Assembly (NCBI GenBank): GCA_021769965.1
Contig: JAETRU010000012.1
Coordinates: forward strand, 1,215-65,214
Length of the DNA stretch: 64,000 bases
Direction of reading: 5' to 3'
DNA from: Eubacterium sp.
GTDB taxonomy: Bacteria; Bacillota; Clostridia; Peptostreptococcales; Anaerovoracaceae
Shown: positions 37,686 to 46,422 of the stretch, piece by piece
Numbering within the stretch: the first letter of the stretch is position 1
Layout of the letters: each line of letters starts with the position of its first letter
The notes under the pieces: generated by a model
The model's input: only the letters and a program-made list of their open reading frames with translations
What the model was told of the DNA's origin: nothing
Databases searched by the model: none
Program-made: the position numbers and the translations under genes

Positions 37686-38311
37686 TGAAGATAGAAAACA
37701 TCAAACCCGATCAGATCGAAACGAGAAGTTTCGAGATCATAACAGAAATTCTGGGCGATAAAAAACTGGACCCAAGATATGAGGCAGTGATCAAGAGGTG
37801 CATCCATACATCGGCGGATTTTGAGTATGCCGACAGTCTGTATTTTACGGAGGGCATTATCGAGAAGATCCAGGACGCCATCAAAAGCGGCGCTTATATC
37901 GTTACTGATACCCGTATGGCTCAGGCGGGCATCAACAAAAGAAGGATAGAAAAATACGGCGGTGAAGTCCTGTGCTTCATCGGTGACGCGGATGTTGCGG
38001 CAGAAGCCAGAGAAAGAGGCGTTACCCGATCTCTGGTCAGCATGGAGAAGGCCAGCCGTCTGGACAGACCGGTGATCTTCGCCATCGGAAACGCGCCGAC
38101 AGCACTTTTGTCTATCTATGATCTGGTCAAAGCCGGCAGACTGGATCCGGCAGCTGTAGTCGGCGTGCCGGTAGGCTTTGTCAATGTGGTAGAGTCCAAA
38201 GAAAAGCTCATCGAGCTGGGCGTTCCGGCCATCGTGGCACGAGGCCGCAAAGGAGGCAGCAACATTGCCGCGGCCATCATCAACGCCATCCAGTACAAAA
38301 TCGAAGACTAA
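37685..38311 (+). CDS. cbiC: cobalt-precorrin-8 methylmutase
   Basis: RCIHTSADF, IGNAPTAL, PVGFVNVVESK, GRKGGS. Confidence 0.95.
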   Translation: MKIENIKPDQIETRSFEIITEILGDKKLDPRYEAVIKRCIHTSADFEYADSLYFTEGIIEKIQDAIKSGAYIVTDTRMAQAGINKRRIEKYGGEVLCFIGDADVAAEARERGVTRSLVSMEKASRLDRPVIFAIGNAPTALLSIYDLVKAGRLDPAAVVGVPVGFVNVVESKEKLIELGVPAIVARGRKGGSNIAAAIINAIQYKIED

Positions 38312-38320
38312 AACTTTCAG

Positions 38321-38358
38321 GAACCGTCCCAGAATCGTCATATCCGGGACGGTTCTTT
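38321..38358 (+). terminator. hairpin ending the cbi operon
   Basis: GAACCGTCCC ... GGGACGGTTC then TTT. Confidence 0.6.
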
Positions 38359-38366
38359 CATATATT
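38338..38366 (+). promoter_or_regulatory. probable sigmaE promoter of spoIVA
   Basis: TCATATC-14 bp-CATATATT matches sigmaE geometry. Confidence 0.55.
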
Positions 38367-38399
38367 CTCATAGAGTTATGTGAGAAAGAGGACGAAGGT

Positions 38400-39881
38400 A
38401 TGACGGATGGAACGATTTATAAGAATATAGCAGAAAGAACGGGAGGAGAGATCCACGTAGGCGTTGTGGGGCCTGTCAGAACAGGGAAGTCGACGTTTAT
38501 CAAGCGGTTCATGGAACTGTTTGTGGTACCGGGCATCGAAAACACCTATGTGAGAAGCCGGGTTGTAGACCTGCTGCCGCAGAGCGGAGACGGCCGGACC
38601 ATCACTACGACGGAACCCAAGTTCATCCCGGAAGAAGCGGTGAAGATCAAAGTGGGAAGCGCTTCCATGTCTGTTCGGCTGGTGGACTGTGTCGGGTATC
38701 TGGTGCCGGGCGTCCTGGGACATCAGGAAGAGGGCAGGAGCCGTATGGTCAAGACGCCATGGAGCGGCGAGCCGATCCCCTTTGAGGAAGCCGCGGAGCT
38801 GGGAACGGAAAAGGTCATTACGGATCACTCTACTGTGGGCGTGCTGCTTACCTGTGACGGCAGCTTCGGAGAACTGCCCAGAGAAAGCTACATCAAAGCG
38901 GAAGAAAAGACGGCGGCGCAGCTGAAGGCGCTGGGCAAGCCATTTGTGATCGTATTGAACAGCAGTCAGCCGGCCGCGCCGAAGACCAGAGAACTGACTG
39001 GCTTTTTGGAAGAGACCTACGGCGTGCCTGTCATCGCGGCAGACTGCATGCATATGAACAGTGACGTGCCGGGGCAGATCTTTGACGCGCTGCTGCGGGA
39101 ATTTCCGGTCAGCGAAATATGTATCGATTTGCCGGAATTCATGGACGCACTGCCGCCGGATCACAGTATCAAAGCTGGTCTGGTCGACGCTGTACGGGGC
39201 TGGATGGAGACCGTGGATACGGTCAGCAGCGCAGCGGCGTCTGTAGGAATGCTGTCGGCGTGTCCTTTTGTGAAGAAGGCTTCCGTGAGCAGCTGCGAGA
39301 TGGCTACAGGAAGGCTGTTTGTGGATATCGGTCTGCAGGACGGACTGTATTATGAGATCGTCAGTGAGCTGCTGCATCATCCTGTGGCTGATGATCGGGA
39401 AATGTTCCTGCTGATGAAGGATTACGCCAAGGCGAAGGAATCCTACGACACCATGGAGGCAGCGCTGATGAATGTGGGACGCACTGGTTACGGCATTGTT
39501 CATCCTAAACTGTCACAGATGCACCTGGGTCAGCCTGAGGTATTTCATCAGGGAAATAAATACGGCGTGCGTCTGGTGGCTTCGGCTCCGTGCCTGCATA
39601 TCATCCGCACGGATATCACTACGGAGATATCGCCTATCGTGGGAAGCGAACAGCAGTCGGAAGATCTGGCAAAATATCTGATGGAGAAATTCCAGGCTTC
39701 GGATGAAGAAGAGGATATCTGGGAGACCAACCTCTTTGGAAAGTCCCTGCAGGATATGGTGGTAGAGCAGATGAACGGAAAGCTGACATCCATGCCTGCT
39801 GTGCTGCAGGATAAAGTTCAGAAGTCTCTGCAGAAGATCAGCAACGAAGGAAAAGATTATTTTATCTGTATCATATTGTAG
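38400..39881 (+). CDS. spoIVA: stage IV sporulation protein A
   Basis: IAERTGGEIHVGVVGPVRTGKSTFIKRF, TTEPKF, LVDCVG; 493 aa. Confidence 0.95.
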   Translation: MTDGTIYKNIAERTGGEIHVGVVGPVRTGKSTFIKRFMELFVVPGIENTYVRSRVVDLLPQSGDGRTITTTEPKFIPEEAVKIKVGSASMSVRLVDCVGYLVPGVLGHQEEGRSRMVKTPWSGEPIPFEEAAELGTEKVITDHSTVGVLLTCDGSFGELPRESYIKAEEKTAAQLKALGKPFVIVLNSSQPAAPKTRELTGFLEETYGVPVIAADCMHMNSDVPGQIFDALLREFPVSEICIDLPEFMDALPPDHSIKAGLVDAVRGWMETVDTVSSAAASVGMLSACPFVKKASVSSCEMATGRLFVDIGLQDGLYYEIVSELLHHPVADDREMFLLMKDYAKAKESYDTMEAALMNVGRTGYGIVHPKLSQMHLGQPEVFHQGNKYGVRLVASAPCLHIIRTDITTEISPIVGSEQQSEDLAKYLMEKFQASDEEEDIWETNLFGKSLQDMVVEQMNGKLTSMPAVLQDKVQKSLQKISNEGKDYFICIIL

Positions 39882-39921
39882 GCGTTGTTGGCGGCGAGCA
39901 GGCGCGCGCTGCGAAAAAAGA

Positions 39922-39970
39922 AACCCCTGACAGAGGCCGGGACCGCGTTGTCCGAACTGTCAGGGGTTTT
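39922..39970 (+). terminator. hairpin after spoIVA
   Basis: AAACCCCTGACAG ... CTGTCAGGGGTTT. Confidence 0.6.
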
Positions 39971-40056
39971 GGGCTAACAGGCTGGATTCTACTTTTAAGG
40001 GGTGTTCATCTGTTCAAATAACAGATATAATTACTTTGAAGGGAGGCAGCATCAGC

Positions 40057-40956
40057 ATGGATCTTATCAAAATAGGAAAGCATATTGCAGAGAAGCGAAA
40101 AGACTTAGGATTAACGCAAAAACAGCTCGCGGAGAAACTGGGCATGAGTGATAAATCCGTTTCCAAGTGGGAACGGGGCATATGCCTGCCGGACGTATCG
40201 GTCTATATGGAGTTATGTAATATCCTTGGGATCAGCATCAATGAATTCCTGGCCGGGGAAGATATCAAAGAGGAAGATATAGCAAAGCGGTCTGAAGATA
40301 ATCTGATTCAGATCACAAAGGACAGCAGACACAGGCAGAAGAATCTCAAAACCATCATAGCTGTTCTGATCATCATTACGATGATCGCGGTTGTTTCACT
40401 GGGAACTGTTATATTCCGCAGTTCAAGTCAGCCGCAGAATTACATCACCGCTTTTGACCGGGACAGCGCGGAGATGAAGACGGCACAGCTATTGTCCGGC
40501 ATAGACGGCGCGCTGCTTTTCAGATATTATTCAAAAGAAGAATTTAAGCAGCTGACGATATACATGTCCGAATACCGGTCAGGAAAGCTGATAACAAAGG
40601 AGTGTGCTGCGTCTTTCTCATATGAAGACATTGATTCTGCATCAGAGGGTATCATCGCCATTGTACCGGATTTTGAAGATTTTACGGTCAAGCTGGTCGT
40701 CGCAGATCAATCTGGCAGCGTTTCAACGGATATTCCGATTCTGGAGAATGTAAAGGACAGAGAATACTACGGAAGATCAGCTGTGCAGATCGAAGAAGCG
40801 GTCCCGATTCAGTATAGTGAAGAGCAGGGGCTGGCGGCGCTAATATACGGCAAAGACGGGCTGCATGCCAGTCCTGTTTCTGACATGGAAAGCGGGAATT
40901 TTGATACCGATAATGATTATGTCTACTATTTCTCATTTCAGTTTGAAAAATATTGA
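40057..40956 (+). CDS. membrane-anchored XRE-family HTH protein with C-terminal extracellular domain
   Basis: RKDLGLTQKQLAEKLGMSDKSVSKWERG HTH; one TM (IIAVLIIITMIAVVSLGTVIF). Confidence 0.88.
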   Translation: MDLIKIGKHIAEKRKDLGLTQKQLAEKLGMSDKSVSKWERGICLPDVSVYMELCNILGISINEFLAGEDIKEEDIAKRSEDNLIQITKDSRHRQKNLKTIIAVLIIITMIAVVSLGTVIFRSSSQPQNYITAFDRDSAEMKTAQLLSGIDGALLFRYYSKEEFKQLTIYMSEYRSGKLITKECAASFSYEDIDSASEGIIAIVPDFEDFTVKLVVADQSGSVSTDIPILENVKDREYYGRSAVQIEEAVPIQYSEEQGLAALIYGKDGLHASPVSDMESGNFDTDNDYVYYFSFQFEKY

Positions 40957-41111
40957 ATCGCGTGCGTTGCAGTAAGCTGTGCGTAAAGCTCGATCAGGAA
41001 CTGAGCAGAGGTTTTAGAACGGCCTTTACTCAGTTTTTTAGTGCGCTAAATTTTTATGCAGGTGAGTTTTTCTGTGATATCTTTCAAATAGGTATTAGAT
41101 ACAATCTGTGC

Positions 41112-41380
41112 CGCCGCTTTTTTTGCTTTTTGGCGCTTATACGGCGTTGCCTGACTGTCGCGCGCCGCTTTTTCGCAGTATTTTACGGATATACGGCGCG
41201 AAAAGACAGATGTAAGCTTGCTTTTACTTTTTCTTTACAGCTGCATGGAGCATACAGACTGAAAATATCTGTACAGCAGAGTGCAGCGCGCCGTATAGCC
41301 GCATTATGGATCATAAATGTAGCGTGAATCAGATAACGGGCGCCGTATGAGGCATTTTTTTCGCAAAAAATGGCGCGCAG
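41112..41380. repeat. non-coding palindromic element, copy B
   Basis: Units 41112-41146, 41163-41198, 41289-41324, 41341-41375; motif blocks align to copy A at constant offset 40109-40110. Confidence 0.78.
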
Positions 41381-41666
41381 TCGGTACAATACAAGAATTC
41401 TCCGCAGAAAAGATGGATCATTCTGTACGGCAGCAGGTTTTACATGGCGGCTGTAGAGTAGAAAACAGCAATTGACTGTGAACAGTAATATGTATGTAAA
41501 GGCATACACAAACTTTCCAACTTTTCTGTGGCATATCGCGGAAGAGTATGATAAAATATTCCTGTTAGTGTATATTAAGAAGAGAAACGAAAGCGCGTTT
41601 CCGCGTTTCAAAGAAGAGATTTCCAGACTACGTCTGATATATTATAACCAGGAGGAATGAAGAAAC

Positions 41667-43019
41667 ATGAAATTTTATCTCGCACTGTGGTTTGCGAAAC
41701 TGATCAACGTGATCATTAACATTGTGGACAAGAGCTGCGGATCCAACTTTTCCGGGGAGAAGGCCATGCGGATCGATCCGCAGATGGTAGCTCACTTTAA
41801 GGGGATCGACTATTCCAAGGTCCTTTTTATCACCGGAACCAACGGCAAGTCCACCACGAATAACCTGATCACTCATATTTTCCGTTCAAACGGCAAGAAG
41901 GTGGTGGCCAATCTGGAAGGAGCTAATCTGATCTATGGTGTGGCTACGGCTTTATCAAAGGCTTCTACGCTGACGGGCCGCATCAAGGCGGATTATATCA
42001 TCTTTGAGACGGACGAGCGGTATCTGCCGCTGATCCACAAGCAGCTGCCTGCCGGCAACATCATGATCACCAATCTGCAGAAGGATCAGGTGCAGAGAAA
42101 CGGAGACCCGGATTTCATTTACCGCAAGATCTTTGACGGACTGCCATCGGGAATCAGATTCTTCCTCAATAACGAAGAACCGAGGACCCGTTCTTTCGAC
42201 GCCAAGTCTGATCATATCGTTACCTACGGCGTGGAGCGTCATCCGGAATCCTTTACCAAAGGCGGCAGCTTTCCGACCATGGCGTGTCCGCGGTGCAGAC
42301 ACAAGATCGTCTTTGATTATTACAACAATGACGGCGTGGGAAAATTCCACTGCAGCCACTGCGATCTGGCCAGCAGCGAGAAGGCAGATTACACGATCAC
42401 TGATGTGGACTTTGCGGGCCGCAGCTTCAAGCTGGGCGATGTGGCGTTCACGATGCCGTACGATACGCCGTATATGTGCTATAATTACGCTGGGGCGCTG
42501 GCCGTGGCAAAGGAGCTGGGCGGCATAGAGCCTGCGGACGCAGCAAAGGCTTTCGGCAGCTTCAAAAATGTGGGCGGCCGGTTTGAGATCCTGAAATACA
42601 AGGATAAGACGATCAAATACATGCGTATCAAACAGGAAAATCCAGAGACGCTGCAGACCTGTATCAACGTTATGGCGGCGGATCCTGAGAAAAAGATGAT
42701 CTGCCTGGGGCTGTGTCCTCTCATCGACATGATCCCGCATTACACCAATTCTTTCTACGCGTTTGACTGCGATCTGTCTGAGCTGGTGAAATCTGATGTG
42801 GAAAAGTATTTCTGCTTCTCGGAAGCAGTCTGCTACGATACGGCAAACCGTCTGATCTATGAAGGAGTGGACCCGTCTGTGATCTCCATTGAAGAAACGG
42901 AAGAGGTGGAGACCATTTTCCGCCAGATCGAAGAAGCGGAGACAAAGAATATTTACCTGATCACATGGCTGCATACCTTTGATCATATGAAGAAGTACAT
43001 TGAAAAGGAGGGAAAATAA
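41667..43019 (+). CDS. murT: MurT-like Mur ligase (lipid II amidotransferase ligase subunit, divergent)
   Basis: ITGTNGKSTT P-loop, CPRC/CSHC zinc finger, VGGRFE; adjacent to gatD-like gene. Confidence 0.8.
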   Translation: MKFYLALWFAKLINVIINIVDKSCGSNFSGEKAMRIDPQMVAHFKGIDYSKVLFITGTNGKSTTNNLITHIFRSNGKKVVANLEGANLIYGVATALSKASTLTGRIKADYIIFETDERYLPLIHKQLPAGNIMITNLQKDQVQRNGDPDFIYRKIFDGLPSGIRFFLNNEEPRTRSFDAKSDHIVTYGVERHPESFTKGGSFPTMACPRCRHKIVFDYYNNDGVGKFHCSHCDLASSEKADYTITDVDFAGRSFKLGDVAFTMPYDTPYMCYNYAGALAVAKELGGIEPADAAKAFGSFKNVGGRFEILKYKDKTIKYMRIKQENPETLQTCINVMAADPEKKMICLGLCPLIDMIPHYTNSFYAFDCDLSELVKSDVEKYFCFSEAVCYDTANRLIYEGVDPSVISIEETEEVETIFRQIEEAETKNIYLITWLHTFDHMKKYIEKEGK

Positions 43020-43781
43020 ATGAGAGAGTTAAGAATCGCATGGCTTTTCCCTGATACCCTGTATCTTCACGGAGAGAGAGGGAATATACTGGCATTACAG
43101 AGGATCATCGCTCTGAAAGGACTGGAAGCGGCGGTGGATCAGATCGACTTTGAAACAGAGGGCTTTGACCCGATGAATTACGATATCATCTTCTGTCCGC
43201 CGGGAGAAATCGTATCTTTTCCTGTAGTGTTAGAGTATCTAAAGCCGTTAAAGTCCAGGTTTGAGGAGTTCGTGTCCGATGGACGCCCTTTGATCGCGAC
43301 GGGAACATCTGCAGGTCTGTGGTGCCGTCAGGTGCAGCGGGCTGACGGAAGCTCCTTTGAGGCGATGGGGCTTCTGCAGGCGACAGCAAAGGAGAATGAA
43401 GCCGTTTACGGGGACGACGTGTATTTTACCTGTCAGTACGGCGGCGCGGAAATGGAGGTCCTGGGCAACCAGATCCAGATGGCGGATCTTATTTCGGAGG
43501 GCGAGGAGCCTTTCGGACGGCTGATCTACGGCTACGGCAACACGGGCAGAGACCGGCAGGAGGGATTCAGGAAGGAAAACTCTGTTTTCACCAATACTCT
43601 GGGGCCGATGCTGGTGACCAATCCGTGGCTGACGGAAAAGATCGTGGAAACGGCGGCAGAGAAGGCCGGACTTGCGATATCCGGCGGAGCGCTGGATACC
43701 AGTCTGGAGCAGAGATCCTTTGACGCGAAGAAAAAGTTTATAGCGGGCAAGACGACCCGGTTAACGAATTGTAAAGAATAG
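43020..43781 (+). CDS. gatD: GatD/CobQ-like glutamine amidotransferase subunit, catalytic residues apparently lost
   Basis: WLFPDTLYLHGERGNILAL N-terminus, GYGN, GPML..NP; G in place of the catalytic Cys and L in place of His. Confidence 0.75.
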   Translation: MRELRIAWLFPDTLYLHGERGNILALQRIIALKGLEAAVDQIDFETEGFDPMNYDIIFCPPGEIVSFPVVLEYLKPLKSRFEEFVSDGRPLIATGTSAGLWCRQVQRADGSSFEAMGLLQATAKENEAVYGDDVYFTCQYGGAEMEVLGNQIQMADLISEGEEPFGRLIYGYGNTGRDRQEGFRKENSVFTNTLGPMLVTNPWLTEKIVETAAEKAGLAISGGALDTSLEQRSFDAKKKFIAGKTTRLTNCKE

Positions 43782-43798
43782 CTTTAGGAGGAAGAAAT

Positions 43799-44062
43799 AT
43801 GGCTTTTTTGGACAAATTAACAGACGCGGCTGCAGCCATCGGCGATAAAGCCAGTGACGCAGTAGAGATCACGAAAATCAAGACAAAGATCAACGGGGAA
43901 AAGAAGGATGTTGAGGCAGAGCTGGCAAACCTGGGCCGGATCTTCTATGAGAAGGCAAAGGCAGGCGAAGCGCTGACACCGGAGGCAATGGAGATCGTAT
44001 GCCGTGTCGACGGGCATTATGATGAGATCGCGACGCTGGAGGATCAGCTGGCTCAGATTTAG
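43799..44062 (+). CDS. small coiled-coil hypothetical protein (87 aa)
   Basis: AGGAGG RBS; heptad pattern. Confidence 0.75.
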   Translation: MAFLDKLTDAAAAIGDKASDAVEITKIKTKINGEKKDVEAELANLGRIFYEKAKAGEALTPEAMEIVCRVDGHYDEIATLEDQLAQI

Positions 44063-44084
44063 CCGCGGGCGACGGAGGAAAACT

Positions 44085-44336
44085 ATGGAGAAGGAAAAAA
44101 CATGCAGGCCCTGCAGGATCAAGGCATTTCTGGAAAGAGAGCATACGCCGGCGGAGAAGGGCGTTATGGCGGCTGCCGCGCTGCTGACAGGTGTGGCGTT
44201 AGGCTTGTTTTTGGCGCCTGCCACAGACGGGATCCATCTGGAGATTTCCATCGGTTCCCATAACGGCTGCTATAACAGAGACTGCGGCAGCAATAACAGC
44301 AGCAAAAGCTTAGCTAAGAAAAAGCGGGCGAAATAA
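44085..44336 (+). CDS. small single-TM hypothetical protein (83 aa)
   Basis: GGAGG RBS; hydrophobic segment; stop lies within the 22-bp direct repeat. Confidence 0.7.
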   Translation: MEKEKTCRPCRIKAFLEREHTPAEKGVMAAAALLTGVALGLFLAPATDGIHLEISIGSHNGCYNRDCGSNNSSKSLAKKKRAK

Positions 44337-44360
44337 GTATTGAGAAAAAGGAACGGACTT

Positions 44361-44894
44361 TTATTGCAGGTTATGGCTTGCGGGGAGAGCCGTTTCTTTT
44401 TTGATATTCAGCATGTCGTACAGATATAACTTGTTATCAGCAGAATGACGAACAAGAAGCTCTGCACGAAATGTATTATAACGAATCAATTTGCCATGAT
44501 TATCAAACACGGGGAGGGCGAAACGTGTAGTATAATGATACCAGCCGTTTCTTGCATGATATTGGTGTTTGACGGCTTTGTTCGCAGTATAATATTTGTC
44601 TGAAGCAATTTTAATCATTTCTGGAAGCCCTAGAGAAGCGTTAGCTTTGGCCTTTGCGAGGGTTCCTTTTAACTTCGCAGTATATTTTGAACTGGAAAAT
44701 TCATCAGGAAAATCATTGCCGATAGAGATAAGATCGGATGTTTCTAAAATCCGATAGGCTGTACCGATATATTGTTTCAGATGATGTTCGACCTGGTTCC
44801 AGTTGATGTGCTGCCGCCCTTCAAATTCAATGTTGTGGATAAGCACTACATTTTTTCCTTGATCATCTATTATGATTTCTGTGTCTTTAATCAT
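44361..44894 (-). CDS. LPD3-like (polyvalent-protein-associated, predicted BECR-fold) protein, 177 aa
   Basis: GAGGAG RBS; FPDEF, KAKANA, GWYHY.TRF, YLYD..NIKKET motifs recalled for this family (not database-verified). Confidence 0.55.
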   Translation of the reverse strand: MIKDTEIIIDDQGKNVVLIHNIEFEGRQHINWNQVEHHLKQYIGTAYRILETSDLISIGNDFPDEFSSSKYTAKLKGTLAKAKANASLGLPEMIKIASDKYYTANKAVKHQYHARNGWYHYTTRFALPVFDNHGKLIRYNTFRAELLVRHSADNKLYLYDMLNIKKETALPASHNLQ

Positions 44895-44942
44895 GATGTC
44901 ATCTCCTCAATATTCTTGTGGAAGTAGTTTAATTGTAACATA

Positions 44943-44954
44943 GAACACATGTTC
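44943..44954. promoter_or_regulatory. LexA (Firmicutes SOS) box between the -35 and -10 of the LPD3-like gene
   Basis: GAAC-ACAT-GTTC inside minus-strand TTTACA-18-TACAAT. Confidence 0.65.
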
Positions 44955-45003
44955 TTGTAAACAAAAGATTGACAAAATGATCCGACTAAGTTAAACTATC
45001 AAT

Positions 45004-45060
45004 AGAAACGAGTTTTTAACCGTACGGCTAGCGCTTAAGCGGGGTACCCGTTTCTTTTTT
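45004..45060 (+). ncRNA. candidate ~57-nt sRNA
   Basis: TTGACA (44969-44974)-17-TAAACT (44992-44997); AGAAACG/CGTTTCT closing stem followed by a T-run; no ORF. Confidence 0.45.
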
Positions 45061-45113
45061 ATATTTATTTCCTGTAAGCCGTGTCTACGGGCGAAATAAG
45101 TATTGAGAATATG

Positions 45114-45151
45114 AAAGGGACATCGAAGCACGCATGCTTTGATGTCCCTTT
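45114..45151. terminator. bidirectional terminator
   Basis: AAAGGGACATC ... GATGTCCCTTT between convergent genes. Confidence 0.7.
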
Positions 45152-45165
45152 TATCATGTCATTTC

Positions 45166-45531
45166 CTACAGCGGAATGACCAGTTCTGTGCCGATCATCA
45201 GATTATACGGGTCGATAGCAGGGTTTGCTCCCATGATATCGTCCAGTTTTACGCCGTGTTTCTTTGCGATTAAGTAAAGTGTGTCGCCGGCTTCGACCAT
45301 GTGAACGGTCTGCTGCGGCCGGGAAGGTTCTTCTTCAGCAGGAGGCTTCGGCAGCTGGGAAGGATCGCCGGGAATGCAGAGCCTGGCGCCGATCTGCAGA
45401 TTGTATGGATTGGTGATACAGTTGACTTTCATCAGAAGAGCCACTGGCAGATCGTATTTTTCCGCGATGCTGTAAAGGGTGTCTCCGGCAGAAATCGTAT
45501 AGACGTCGACACAGACAAGTGAATGATTCAT
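45166..45531 (-). CDS. two-LysM-domain protein (possibly spore coat associated)
   Basis: YTISAGDTLYSIA and HMVEAGDTLYLIA LysM motifs, Pro-rich linker, no signal peptide. Confidence 0.88.
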   Translation of the reverse strand: MNHSLVCVDVYTISAGDTLYSIAEKYDLPVALLMKVNCITNPYNLQIGARLCIPGDPSQLPKPPAEEEPSRPQQTVHMVEAGDTLYLIAKKHGVKLDDIMGANPAIDPYNLMIGTELVIPL

Positions 45532-45626
45532 AAAAAAACCACCTTTCGTTTTTTAGGCTTTGTAATATCATATTTGCAAACCGGCGGAAATGTGATAAAA
45601 TATTAGAAATATATTGGGAAGGAGTA

Positions 45627-46349
45627 ATGTTTTTGAAACGATTTATCAAATCGCCAGCGTTTATCATCATTATCGCGCTGGTCGTTCTTAATTTTTTAGA
45701 CGGAGAGTTCAGCGATCCTATGGGCTGGCTGATGAATAAGCTGATTTTGCTGCCGGGTATCGTCATCGGACTTTCTTTTCACGAATTCGCTCATGGTATT
45801 GTCAGCTACGCGCTCGGGGATCCTACGCCAAAGCAGCAGGGCAGACTGACGATCAATCCAGCTGCCCATATGGATCCTTTCGGATTCATAGCTTTGCTTT
45901 TTGCCGGATTCGGCTGGGGCGTTCCTGTACAGATCGATCCAAGATATTATAAGCACCGCCGCAGAGACGAACTGCTGGTATCTCTGGCCGGCGTGGTCAT
46001 GAATTTCATCATCGCTGTGATCTTTGCCTTTCTCGTAAAGCTGCTCTTTATGACCGGCCCCGGCTGGCTCAGCGGCAGTATAGGCGAGATCGTCATTGAG
46101 ATCATGATGTATGTGATCCAGATCAATCTGGTTCTGATGATCTTCAACCTGCTGCCGGTACCGCCGCTGGATGGTTTCGGCATTATCACCGAGCTCTTTG
46201 ATCTGCGGAAATACAGCTGGTATTATAATGTCTACGACAAAGGTTTTCTGATCCTGCTGGTGCTGATCCTGCTGGGCATTACTGATAAAGTGCTGACGCC
46301 GGCAGTAACTGTCGTGTGGAGCTGGATGGTGAACAGTATTATCTTTTGA
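45627..46349 (+). CDS. site-2 protease (M50 family)
   Basis: HEFAH and FNLLPVPPLDG motifs. Confidence 0.92.
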   Translation: MFLKRFIKSPAFIIIIALVVLNFLDGEFSDPMGWLMNKLILLPGIVIGLSFHEFAHGIVSYALGDPTPKQQGRLTINPAAHMDPFGFIALLFAGFGWGVPVQIDPRYYKHRRRDELLVSLAGVVMNFIIAVIFAFLVKLLFMTGPGWLSGSIGEIVIEIMMYVIQINLVLMIFNLLPVPPLDGFGIITELFDLRKYSWYYNVYDKGFLILLVLILLGITDKVLTPAVTVVWSWMVNSIIF

Positions 46350-46422
46350 TCAAACGGCGTAAGAAGAACTTCACGGCCTGTAAGAGGCTGAGAGGTTCTT
46401 TTTTTGCGCCAGAATAAAATTA

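Larger units (their letters stand above)
44325..45109. mobile_element. integrase-less mini-element flanked by 22-bp perfect direct repeats
   Basis: CGGGCGAAATAAGTATTGAGAA at 44325-44346 and 45088-45109; AT-richer interior with one opposite-strand gene. Confidence 0.75.
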
